Translations under genes and position numbers: made by a program | In this document: positions 1-24,394 of the stretch, piece after piece | Numbering within the stretch: position 1 is the stretch's first letter | How the letters are laid out: every line of letters begins with the position of its first letter | Source: an uncultured Acidobacteriota bacterium | GTDB taxonomy: Bacteria > Acidobacteriota > Thermoanaerobaculia > Multivoradales > UBA5704 | Length of the DNA stretch: 64,000 nucleotides | Assembly: GCA_963770895.1 (NCBI GenBank) | Contig: CAVYRF010000002.1 | Coordinates: forward strand, 5,120,001 to 5,184,000 | Reading direction: 5' to 3' | Notes under the pieces: generated by a model | The model's database searches: none | Told to the model about the DNA's origin: nothing | Seen by the model: only the letters and a program-made list of their open reading frames with translations

Positions 1-579
1 CCCTATACAACCCTGCCGCGGACGCGGCTGGTGCTGACCACGCCGGTGCGGGTCTTCGAGCGCACGGTGCACCTCTGGCAGGCGCCGCCGGCCGGCCGCG
101 GCCGGACGCCGGACGGGAACGGGGACGGCGGCGCGCGGGAGGTGGCTGTCGCCATCTGGCGGCATGCGGACCCGGCGACATCGGCGCCGCCGTTGGTGCT
201 CGACCTGCCGGCAGCCGGCGGCGCCTGCCAGCTCACCCTCGACGAGGGAGACAACGCGCCGCTGCCGCTCGATCCGCCGCGCCTGCAGCTGCCCGCCTAT
301 CAACTGCGCTACGTCCAACCTGCCGGCGGCAGCCTGCGCCTGTTCTACGGCGCGCCGGACCTGGCGGCGCCGCGCTACGACCTGTCGCTGTCCAGCGCCG
401 CACTGCTGGCGCGCACCGCGCCCGAAGCCACCCTGCTGCCGGAGCCCCACGCGGCCGACGTGCCCGACGCCGACAGGGCGCCGCGCACGGTGTTCTGGGT
501 CGCCCTGGCCGTGGCGGTGGCGATCCTGCTCGGCTTGCTGGCGCGGCTGCTGCGCGAGCCGGCCCTGGCGCAGCGGTAG
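1..579 (+). CDS. DUF3999-like membrane-anchored protein, C-terminal part (5' end outside window)
   Basis: Frame open from base 1; LRLFYGAPDLAAPRYDL motif and C-terminal TM helix (VFWVALAVAVAILLGLLARLL) resemble DUF3999. Confidence 0.6.
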   Translation, partial: PYTTLPRTRLVLTTPVRVFERTVHLWQAPPAGRGRTPDGNGDGGAREVAVAIWRHADPATSAPPLVLDLPAAGGACQLTLDEGDNAPLPLDPPRLQLPAYQLRYVQPAGGSLRLFYGAPDLAAPRYDLSLSSAALLARTAPEATLLPEPHAADVPDADRAPRTVFWVALAVAVAILLGLLARLLREPALAQR

Positions 580-665
580 GGTCAACAGCGGGCTGGGGCA
601 AGGTCGCGCGCTCCCCGCCCGTCGGCCTGGCACTCCGGCTCGGGGCCGCGGTCTGACTATCACCT

Positions 666-788
666 CTAATCGAAGAGGAGCGCCAGGAGCGCATCCCGGT
701 CCATGCGATGATGCCGCGCAACGTCGCCGAGCACCGCCGAGAGGGTACCTACGCGAAGGGGACTGTGGCGGGGGATGGTGACGTGATG
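666..788 (-). pseudogene. C-terminal remnant of a HicA-family toxin
   Basis: HHVTIPRHSPLRVGTLSAVLGDVARHH...LLF resembles the HicA C-terminal half (VTIPxH...GTL); no N-terminal GSH catalytic segment upstream in this frame. Confidence 0.6.
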
Positions 789-952
789 CAGAGGGCCTCG
801 ACGTCCTTGGCCGGGAAGGTGAAGCTGGTGCTGTTGGGGCGGGTCACCCAATAGTCGGTGCCCTTGGGGATCGGTCTGCTTTTTTCGGGCATGACAGCCA
901 TGGTGATCAGGGCGAGAGCGAGCGCTGCCGAGGCGACATACGATCTGTTCAT
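749..952 (-). CDS. Short secreted-type protein, probably truncated
   Basis: GGAGG RBS before ATG 952; signal-peptide-like MNRSYVASAALALALITMAV; ends after 67 aa, overlapping the HicA remnant. Confidence 0.45.
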   Translation of the reverse strand: MNRSYVASAALALALITMAVMPEKSRPIPKGTDYWVTRPNSTSFTFPAKDVEALCITSPSPATVPFA

Positions 953-1088
953 GGATTGCTGACCTCCGAGGATTGGAGCATTGCTTGGTGACCGCGCAAG
1001 CCGGCTCACGGCTCCGGCAGGACGGCGATGGGCGGTGGAGGCCTGCCCGGCGGCCCGCGCGCCGCAGTGCCGGCGGTCGCGCAGAGTT

Positions 1089-3584
1089 TCATTCGGCCTC
1101 CCCGGTCAGGGCTTGAGCGAGCGGCAGGCGGACGCCCGGCGCCCGGCGCGGCAGCGCCGCGAGGAGCGCCCCCGAGCTCGCGAGCGTGAGCAGGCAGGCG
1201 CTGAGCAGCGCCAGGCCGACCAGCAGCCCGAGGTGCCGGATGGCGGGCACCTGCGATAGCCCGAGCAGCCCGAAGCCGGCCGAGATCGCCAGCGCGTCGA
1301 TGAGGATCGACGGCCCCGCCGCGGCCGCCGCCACCCGGCCGGCGTGCGGCGCCCCGGCGTTTTCCGCCGCCTCGAAGCGCGAGAAAAAGTGGATGCCGTA
1401 GTCGATGCCGATGCCCAGGGTGACGGCGCAGAACATCGACGTCGCGACGCCGATCGGGATGCCCAGCCAACCCATGACCCCGAACGTCCAGACCACGGCC
1501 GCCGCCGTGGGGGCGATGCAGGCGAGCCCCGCGCGCAGGGAACGGAAGAGGAGCGTGGTGATCAGCAGGTTGCCGGCGACGGCGAGCGCCAGCGAGCTCA
1601 ACTGGGTGCGCACGATCGCCGGGATCATGGCCTGGGAGATGGCGACGTCGCCGGCCAGCTCGACGCGGCCGTGCACCGGGGCCAGCAGCTGGCGTTCGAG
1701 CCGGCGCAGGGCTGCGATCAGCCCGGCCGTCTGCCGGTAGTTGGCCGCCTTGAGCAGCAGGGTGACGACGGTGCGGCTGAATCCGTCGTCGATCAGCTCG
1801 CGGCGGCGGGCCTGGCCGCGGACGTTGCCGATGCGCCGGGTGTAGAGGTAGATCCAGGCGGGGTCGTCGACGATGCGGCGGAAATCTTCGTCGCGGCCGC
1901 CCCAGAGAAACGCCGTGGTTGCGAGCTGGCCGGCCAGGCCGCTGACGCCGCCGACCTCCGGCAGCGCGCGCAGGGAGCGCTCGAAGCGTCCGAGCGCCTC
2001 GACCGCCTGGCCCGCGAGCAGCGGGCCGCTGGCCGCGGGGATGGCCGGGACCTGGTCGGCAGGCGGGTCGAAGGTGACGATCGCGCGCAGCACGTGGGTG
2101 CCGGCGAAGCGCCGGTCGATGCGCTCGGTCGCCTGGCGCAGCGGGTTGCGCGGCGCGAAGTTGGCGATCCAGGAGTCCTGGACCTGGAGCCGGAAGATCC
2201 CCAGGCCGGAGAGCGCGGTGAGCGCGGCAAGCAGCGGCAGGGCCCACCGGGGCCGTGCCCCCAGGGCGGTCGCGCAGCGCGCCAGCAGCGACGGCGGCCG
2301 GCAGGCTGCGGCCGGCGGCCCGGCGGCGGCAATGGCGTGCGGGCGCAGCGCCACCAGCGCCGGCGTGGCGACCACCGCCCAGACCAGGCAGAACAGGGCG
2401 CCGCAGCCGGTGAACAGGCCGAAGCTCGACACCGGCCGGATCGGCGAGGTGAGAAAGGAGAGGAATCCGGCGGCCGTGGCGACCGAGGTGAGAACGATCG
2501 GGCGGCCCAGCTCCGCCAGGGACTGGCGCAGAGCCGCGATCGGCGGCTGGCCGGCGGGGCGGTGGCGATAGCGCCACAGCAGGTGGATCTCGTCGCACAG
2601 ACCCACCGTGGTCAGCAGCACGGGCGTCACGGCGGTCGTCAGGTAGACCGGCTGGCCGCACCAGCCGATGAGGCCGAAGGTGAAGATCAGCGCGGCGCCG
2701 ACCTTGAGCAGGCCCAGGCAGGCCCCCCATGGGCCGCCGCACGTCGCCCACAGGGCCACCGTGATCACCACCAGGGCGAGCGGCAGGAGGAGGGCGAGGT
2801 CGCCCAGGACCTGCTCGCCCAGCAGAGCCTCGGCCGCGGGAGCGCCGACGACCGAGACGCGGTCGGTCGAAGTCTGGTACGGCCGCGCCGTCGCGGCCAC
2901 CCGGTGATAGAGCGCCGCTCGCGTATCGCCGGCACTGCCGGCAGCGGGTGCGCCGCCTCCGCCGGCGGCGCCGCTCCCGCTGACCCCGCCGGCATCGGGC
3001 CGCGGCAGCCCCACCACGATGGCCGCGGCCCGCCGGTCGAACGAAACCAGGGTGCCGGCAAAGAGGTCGACGGCCGCCACGTCGCGGCGCACCTGGGCGA
3101 GCTGCTCGGGGGTGCGTGGCGGTGGATCCAGCAGGCCGCGCGGCATGCCGGTGCCGGGCAGGAAGCTGCCGCCGACCTCGGTCGCCAGGCTCTCCACCGA
3201 CTCCCTGCCGACGCCGGGCAGGGCGGCCAGGGCGTCCGTCAGCCGCCGCAGGCGGTCGAGGCTGTCCGGGTTGAAGATGCCGTCCGGGTGGGCGGATTCG
3301 ATGACGACCAGCAGCGGATCGCGCAAGCCGAAGATCCGGCGGGCGGCGCGGTCGGCGGCGACGGCCGGAGCATCGGGCGGCGCCAGGGCCTGGCCGTCGG
3401 TGTCGAGGCGGAGCCGGAAGAGCCCCGGCGCCATGGCCGCCAGGAGGGCGACCATGAGGGCGAGCGCCGCCCGCGGCCGTCTGGCCGAAGCCCAGCCCAG
3501 GCGCGCCCCCCAGTGGAGCCGTGGCGCGTGCTGCCATCCGCCCTGCCAGCCGGGCGCGGTTCGGGTCGATGAGGTTTTTCCCAC
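1089..3584 (-). CDS. MMPL/RND family transporter
   Basis: Two repeats of TM1, large soluble loop and five TMs; GLCDEIH and GIGIDYGIH motifs; start uncertain. Confidence 0.85.
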   Translation of the reverse strand: MGKTSSTRTAPGWQGGWQHAPRLHWGARLGWASARRPRAALALMVALLAAMAPGLFRLRLDTDGQALAPPDAPAVAADRAARRIFGLRDPLLVVIESAHPDGIFNPDSLDRLRRLTDALAALPGVGRESVESLATEVGGSFLPGTGMPRGLLDPPPRTPEQLAQVRRDVAAVDLFAGTLVSFDRRAAAIVVGLPRPDAGGVSGSGAAGGGGAPAAGSAGDTRAALYHRVAATARPYQTSTDRVSVVGAPAAEALLGEQVLGDLALLLPLALVVITVALWATCGGPWGACLGLLKVGAALIFTFGLIGWCGQPVYLTTAVTPVLLTTVGLCDEIHLLWRYRHRPAGQPPIAALRQSLAELGRPIVLTSVATAAGFLSFLTSPIRPVSSFGLFTGCGALFCLVWAVVATPALVALRPHAIAAAGPPAAACRPPSLLARCATALGARPRWALPLLAALTALSGLGIFRLQVQDSWIANFAPRNPLRQATERIDRRFAGTHVLRAIVTFDPPADQVPAIPAASGPLLAGQAVEALGRFERSLRALPEVGGVSGLAGQLATTAFLWGGRDEDFRRIVDDPAWIYLYTRRIGNVRGQARRRELIDDGFSRTVVTLLLKAANYRQTAGLIAALRRLERQLLAPVHGRVELAGDVAISQAMIPAIVRTQLSSLALAVAGNLLITTLLFRSLRAGLACIAPTAAAVVWTFGVMGWLGIPIGVATSMFCAVTLGIGIDYGIHFFSRFEAAENAGAPHAGRVAAAAAGPSILIDALAISAGFGLLGLSQVPAIRHLGLLVGLALLSACLLTLASSGALLAALPRRAPGVRLPLAQALTGEAE

Positions 3585-3674
3585 ACGTATGTAGGCGTTG
3601 CAGAAAGTATGGTGTTACAGGAGCGGCTCACCTGCAGGTGGGGCCGCTGCCGGCGCGCCCGACGCTGAGTATGG

Positions 3675-19130
<15,456 letters not shown>

Positions 19131-19277
19131 GTGGTCCGGGACCTCCGAGGGTAGGACAGAGGGTACCGCACGGACGCGACACCAACCGCGCGCCAGGCGG
19201 CGCCTTTTCGCGGCGTTGCGTCATGCTTCGGGGTCGCCGGGCGCCGGCGGCGGCGCACTGTCTGTTAGGGTTGGGGC

Positions 19278-20690
19278 ATGGCCGACCTGTTGGCGGCGCG
19301 CAGCCAGATGGCGGGGTCGCTGGCGTTCCACATCGTGTTTGCGGTGGCGGGGATGGCCATGCCGCTGATGATGGTGGCGGCGGAGGCGTGGTGGCTGCGC
19401 TCCGGCGATCCGCTGCTGCTCGACCTGACGCGGCGGTGGGCCAGGGGGACGGCGATCCTGTTCGCGGTGGGGGCGGTGTCCGGCACCGTGCTGTCGTTCG
19501 AGCTGGGCCTGCTGTGGCCGCGGTTCATGGAGCTGGCGGGACCGGTGATCGGGATGCCGTTTTCGCTGGAGGGCACGGCCTTCTTCACCGAGGCGATCTT
19601 CCTGGGCATCTACCTGTACGGTTGGGGGCGGGTGCCGCGGCGGGCGCACCTGGCCGCCGGGGTGATGGTGGCGCTGTCGGGGCTGGCGTCGGCGGCGTTC
19701 GTGGTGTGCGCCAACGCCTGGATGAACACCCCCGTCGGCTTCCGCCTGGCGACGGCGGGGGCGGCGCCGGGCGCCGGGCCGGTCTTTGCCGGCATCGACC
19801 CGCTGCGCGCCATGGTGAGCCCGGCGGCGATGCCGCAGGCGGCGCACATGGTCCTGGCGGCGTATGCCGCGGTGGGGATGGGCGTCGCCGGCTTGCACGC
19901 CGCGGTCCTGCTGCGCCACCCCGGCGACCGCTTCCACGCCGCGGCGCTGGCGGTGGCGCTATGGGTCGGCGCCCCCGCCGCGCTGTTGCAGCCGCTGTCG
20001 GGCGATGCGCTGGGCCAGATGCTGGGGGCGCGGCAGCCGGTCAAGCTGGCGGCGATGGAGGGCCAGTGGCAGACCCAGGCGGGGGCGCCGCTGCGCCTCG
20101 GCGGCTGGCCGGACGAGGCGCACCACCGGACGCGCGGCGCCCTGGAGATCCCGCACGGCCTGTCGCTGCTCGCCTACCACGACCCGGACGCCGTGGTGCG
20201 CGGCCTCGACGACGTGGCGCCGGCGGACCGCCCGCCGGTCGCCGCGGTGCACCTGTCGTTCCAGGCGATGGTGGGGCTGGGATCGGCGATGGCGGCGATC
20301 GCCGCCGCGGCCCTGGGGCGCGGCTTCCTTTTGGCGCGGCGCCGGCGGCGGCAGGGGCGGGGCGGCGGCCTTTGGCAGCTGCCGCAGGAGCGGTGGCTGC
20401 TGTGGCCGCTGGCGGTCGCGGCGCCGTTCGGCCTGCTGGCGATCGAAGCCGGCTGGATGGTCACCGAGCTGGGGCGCCAGCCGTGGATCGTGCAGGGGCT
20501 GCTGCGCACGCGCGACGCGGTGACGCCGATGCCGGGCCTGGCGGTGCCCTTCGCGGCCGTCATGACGATCTACCTGTCGCTGGGCGGTGTGGTGGCGGTC
20601 CTGCTGCGGCGGCACGTGCGCGCGACCATGCCCGCCGCGCAGGCACAGGCCGGTCGCGGCGCCGGCGCGCCGCCGGCCGCGGGACATTGA
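19278..20690 (+). CDS. cydA: Cytochrome bd ubiquinol oxidase subunit I
   Basis: FHIVF heme ligand, FAVGAVSG, NAWMNTP, QPVKLAAMEG, EAGWMVTELGRQPW. Confidence 0.95.
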   Translation: MADLLAARSQMAGSLAFHIVFAVAGMAMPLMMVAAEAWWLRSGDPLLLDLTRRWARGTAILFAVGAVSGTVLSFELGLLWPRFMELAGPVIGMPFSLEGTAFFTEAIFLGIYLYGWGRVPRRAHLAAGVMVALSGLASAAFVVCANAWMNTPVGFRLATAGAAPGAGPVFAGIDPLRAMVSPAAMPQAAHMVLAAYAAVGMGVAGLHAAVLLRHPGDRFHAAALAVALWVGAPAALLQPLSGDALGQMLGARQPVKLAAMEGQWQTQAGAPLRLGGWPDEAHHRTRGALEIPHGLSLLAYHDPDAVVRGLDDVAPADRPPVAAVHLSFQAMVGLGSAMAAIAAAALGRGFLLARRRRRQGRGGGLWQLPQERWLLWPLAVAAPFGLLAIEAGWMVTELGRQPWIVQGLLRTRDAVTPMPGLAVPFAAVMTIYLSLGGVVAVLLRRHVRATMPAAQAQAGRGAGAPPAAGH

Positions 20691-20706
20691 GTCGGGCGGC
20701 GCACGC

Positions 20707-21732
20707 ATGCTGGTCATCGCTTCGGCCCTGGTGATCGTCGCGGCCCTCACGCTGTACGCGGTGACCGGCGGCGCCGACTACGGCGGCGGGGTGTGGGACC
20801 TGCTGGCGCGCGGGCCGCGCGCCGGCCGCCAGCGCCAGCTGATCGCCCATGCGATCGCGCCGATCTGGGAGGCGCAGCACGTCTGGCTGATCCTGGCGGT
20901 GGTGGCGCTGTTCACCACCTTCCCCAAGGCGTTCGCGCGGCTGACGACGGTGCTGCACGTGCCGCTGCTGCTGATGCTGCTGGGGGTCGTGGCGCGCGGC
21001 GCCGCCTTCAGCATCCGCTCCTACGGCCAGCCCGAGGCGGGCGGCGGCGAGCCGCGGGCGGGCCTGGCCGGACGCGTCTTCGCGGTGGCCAGCCTGCTGA
21101 CGCCGTTTCTGCTCGGCACGACGCTCGGCGACGTCGCCGCCGGCCGCGCCGCGGCCCCCGGCCCGCAAACCGACTACCTGGCCGGCTGGGCGGGCGTGTT
21201 CCCGTTCGCGGTAGGCCTGTTCGCGGTGGCGCTGTTCGCCTTCCTTGCGGCGGTCTACCTGTGCGCCGACGCGGCCCGCGCCGGCGGCGGCCTGGCGGAT
21301 GACTTTCGCCGGCGCGGCCTGGCGACGGGAGTGCTGCTGGCGCCGATCGCGGCGCTGGTCCTGGCGGCGGCGGGCCGCGAGGCGCCCGGCCTGCTGCACG
21401 ACCTGACGCGCACCCCTTGGTCCTGGGGGTTGCACGCCGCCACCGGCGCCGCCGCGGTGGGTGCGCTGGCCGCCCTGTGGCGGCGGCGCTACGGCGCGGC
21501 GCGGGCGTGCGCCGCGACGCAGGTCTGCCTGATTCTGTGGGGCTGGGCGCTGGCGCAGTACCCCTACCTGGTGATGCCGGACCTCACCCTGTCCAACGCC
21601 GCGGCGCCGGCGGTCACCCTGCGCCTGTTCCTGGGCGCGGTGGCGCTGGGGGGCGTCGTGCTGCTGCCCAGCTTTCTGTATATGTACCGCGTCTTCGGCA
21701 AGCTCGCCGGCGGCGCGCCCGATCGTCCGTAA
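20707..21732 (+). CDS. cydB: Cytochrome bd ubiquinol oxidase subunit II
   Basis: GGADYGGG, IAPIWEAQHVWLI, follows cydA; ATG 20707. Confidence 0.92.
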   Translation: MLVIASALVIVAALTLYAVTGGADYGGGVWDLLARGPRAGRQRQLIAHAIAPIWEAQHVWLILAVVALFTTFPKAFARLTTVLHVPLLLMLLGVVARGAAFSIRSYGQPEAGGGEPRAGLAGRVFAVASLLTPFLLGTTLGDVAAGRAAAPGPQTDYLAGWAGVFPFAVGLFAVALFAFLAAVYLCADAARAGGGLADDFRRRGLATGVLLAPIAALVLAAAGREAPGLLHDLTRTPWSWGLHAATGAAAVGALAALWRRRYGAARACAATQVCLILWGWALAQYPYLVMPDLTLSNAAAPAVTLRLFLGAVALGGVVLLPSFLYMYRVFGKLAGGAPDRP

Positions 21733-21736
21733 GGAG

Positions 21737-22939
21737 TCAGAATTCCCCGGTGGCGCCGCCGCCGCCGGAGCGCCCACCCTGGCCGCTGAAGCCGCCATCG
21801 CCGCCGGGCGGGGCGGCCGGCGCCGGCGCGAAGGCCAGCGCCGCGGCACCGGCTTCCAGGAGGCGCTCGCGCGCGGCGGAGCCGAACAGCGGCGCGGCGG
21901 TGAAGCCGCCCCGTTCGTCGCCGGGGCCGGTTTCCAGGTAGCGCTGCAAGCCCAGCGCGACGGCCAGCAGCAGCACCCCGCCGAGCGTCACCATCGCCCA
22001 CAGCGGCAGGACGTGGACGTAGGTGCGCACGGTGACGAGCGCCACGACCGCGGTGACGGCGCCGGCGACGAGCAGCGGCATGCGGCGGCGGCGCACGCCC
22101 AGGACCAGGAGCGCCACGGGCAGCAGCGCGGTCGCCGCGGCGGCGCACCAGAACAGCGGCGAGCCGTCCCACTCCCCGATGGCGCCGGTGAAGTTGCGGC
22201 GTTCACCCAGCTCTTCGATCCACTGGTCGCGCCAGGAGGTGACGTGGACCGCCGCGTAGAGCGCCACCAGAGATGTCACCAGCGCCACGGCGCACGAGCC
22301 GCGGTGGGCCGGCGGCAGGCGCGGCGATTCGGCGCCGCGCGCCAGCAGCGGCGCCGCCGCCAGCGGCAGCACGATCCACAGCAGGCGCCCGTACGGCAGC
22401 CAGGCGGTCGACAGGATCAGCGCCGCGGTGGCGATGCCGGCGTAGACCGGGTAGCCCCAGCGCCAGGCGGCGCCGGCGCACAGGACCGCGGCCACCACCA
22501 GGCCGTACGCCGGCAGCGACCGCATGGGAATGTCGCCGCGGTGGTCGAGCGCCCAGAGCAGCGCCGTGCCCAGGCCGACCAGGGCCAGGAGCGACGTGGC
22601 GGCTTCGATGCCTCCCTGGCGGCGGCGCCGGGAGATCTGCAAATAGTCGGTGGCGACGAACAGCGCGCCGCCGGCGAGCCCGGCCAGGGTCGGCAGCGCG
22701 GCGGATTGCTGCAACGAGGCGAGCGGCAGCGCGAACATCCCCCACGCGGCGCAGACCGCCAACGTGGTGAAGACGAACAGCAGGATGCGGAAGACCGGCC
22801 CCACTCGCACGCAGTCGTCGGCAAAGCGGCGCTCGATCTCGGCCAGCGCCGCGGCGTCGATGGCGCCCGCCTTGAGCCACGAGCGGGCGGCATCGCGCAC
22901 CTGCTGCCGGCGGTCGGCAGCGGCGACGCCGGCGTTCAT
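21737..22939 (-). CDS. Multi-pass membrane protein with Gly-rich C-tail (partner of DUF2157 protein)
   Basis: Many hydrophobic segments; ATGA overlap with the upstream gene; ends GGFSGQGGRSGGGGATGEF. Confidence 0.7.
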   Translation of the reverse strand: MNAGVAAADRRQQVRDAARSWLKAGAIDAAALAEIERRFADDCVRVGPVFRILLFVFTTLAVCAAWGMFALPLASLQQSAALPTLAGLAGGALFVATDYLQISRRRRQGGIEAATSLLALVGLGTALLWALDHRGDIPMRSLPAYGLVVAAVLCAGAAWRWGYPVYAGIATAALILSTAWLPYGRLLWIVLPLAAAPLLARGAESPRLPPAHRGSCAVALVTSLVALYAAVHVTSWRDQWIEELGERRNFTGAIGEWDGSPLFWCAAAATALLPVALLVLGVRRRRMPLLVAGAVTAVVALVTVRTYVHVLPLWAMVTLGGVLLLAVALGLQRYLETGPGDERGGFTAAPLFGSAARERLLEAGAAALAFAPAPAAPPGGDGGFSGQGGRSGGGGATGEF

Positions 22940-23895
22940 GCCGGCACCTTCAGCTGGCGGTGCGCCAGGAGCAGCGCCACGACCACGCCGACGCTCCAGA
23001 AGCTGACGATGAAGCATCCCAGGGCCGGGGCCCAGGGGCCGGACAGCAGCAGGCGCAGGGCGCCGGCGCTGCAGCCCAGGACGCCAAAGGCGAACAGCGG
23101 GAACCGCCGGCGCCGCCAGGCGCCGGCGGCGAGCGCGATCGAGACCGCCACCAGCGCCGCGGCGTGGACGGCGCCGTGGTCGCTGAACATTCCGCTGGCC
23201 ACGCCGGTCAAGATCAGCAGCCAGCCCAGGTAGACCGCCGCCGGTTCGAAGTGCGCCTTGCGGCGGGTGAGGGCCATGGCCAGCCCGAGCAGCGCGAACA
23301 GCACGCCGCAGGCGATGGCATTGCCGCGCAGGGCGGGCACCCAGGCGTCGCCCGGTCCGCTGAGGATGTTGCCGATGGCGAGGCCGCGCCAGGCGGCAAA
23401 GGTGGAGAGCGCGAGCGAAAAGACCACCGCCGAATCGAAACGCACCGCGGTGGCGCCGGCCAGCGCCGCGACGATCAGCAGGTGCCAGGGGCGGTGGTCG
23501 CCCGGCGCCACCAGGTTGGCCTCGACCAGGCCCAGGTCGGTGGCGGCCAGCAGGACGCCGAGCAGCAGGATGTAGTCGAAGGCCAGGTTGGGCGAGGCGA
23601 CCTGGCCCCAGGCGAAGGGCGGCGCTTTGCGCGCCACCCAGACGAACACCGCGGCGGTGGCAAGGCCCAGCGCCACGATGATGGCGAGCGGGCCGATCTG
23701 CTGGAGGTGCTGCTGGACAAAAATGCCGACGCCGCCGGTGATCAGCAGGACCGCCAGGTAGAGCAGGCCGCGCAGCTCGGCGCGCACCGACAGCAGCTCG
23801 CCCCTGGCGACGCGCAGCAGCCGCGCCGCCGGTTGGGCCGGCAGCACGCCGCCGGCAACCAGGTCGGGGATCGCGCCGGCGACGTCCGGGTTCAT
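22936..23895 (-). CDS. DUF2157-like membrane protein
   Basis: SVRAELRGLLYLAVLLITGGVGIFV N-terminal pattern; many TMs. Confidence 0.65.
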   Translation of the reverse strand: MNPDVAGAIPDLVAGGVLPAQPAARLLRVARGELLSVRAELRGLLYLAVLLITGGVGIFVQQHLQQIGPLAIIVALGLATAAVFVWVARKAPPFAWGQVASPNLAFDYILLLGVLLAATDLGLVEANLVAPGDHRPWHLLIVAALAGATAVRFDSAVVFSLALSTFAAWRGLAIGNILSGPGDAWVPALRGNAIACGVLFALLGLAMALTRRKAHFEPAAVYLGWLLILTGVASGMFSDHGAVHAAALVAVSIALAAGAWRRRRFPLFAFGVLGCSAGALRLLLSGPWAPALGCFIVSFWSVGVVVALLLAHRQLKVPA

Positions 23896-23931
23896 CGGCG
23901 CACCGCGGCGGCGAGGCCGCGCCGGCGGAGG

Positions 23932-24234
23932 CTATCCAGGCAGCTTGGCCGCGAGGACATCGATCTGCTGGATCGAAGGGGGCTCCGCCAGGAGGTCGGG
24001 GGCGTTGGCCATCAGCGCCGCGGCGACCTTGCCGGACAGGTGGGCCTGGCGCCCGGCGTCGTCAGGGAACGCGTCGAAGATGCCGAACGTGTCCGGCCCC
24101 AACTTGATCGCGAACCAGGCGATGGTCGCCGGCTCCGCGTCCACCAGCGGCAGCGCGCCGCTGAGGAAGTTTGCGACCTGGTCTTCTTTGCCCGGCTTTG
24201 CCTTCAACAGCACCCACAGCGCTACCTTGACCAT
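23932..24234 (-). CDS. Antibiotic biosynthesis monooxygenase (ABM) family protein
   Basis: AKPGKE...WFA...FGIFDAF...RQAHLSG, 100 aa. Confidence 0.85.
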   Translation of the reverse strand: MVKVALWVLLKAKPGKEDQVANFLSGALPLVDAEPATIAWFAIKLGPDTFGIFDAFPDDAGRQAHLSGKVAAALMANAPDLLAEPPSIQQIDVLAAKLPG

Positions 24235-24394
24235 CGGAACACCCCTTTCGACTCTGCTCTGTGCTCAGCCTTGCCGTACCGCAGCCCCGCTCTCTGGGCT
24301 CTCCAGCATATACCGGCAGGGGCGGCGCCCCGGCGGCCGGCGGGAACGCTGGTATCCTGCGCTGCAAGCCAGCACGCAAGCGAGGTCGGTGGCC

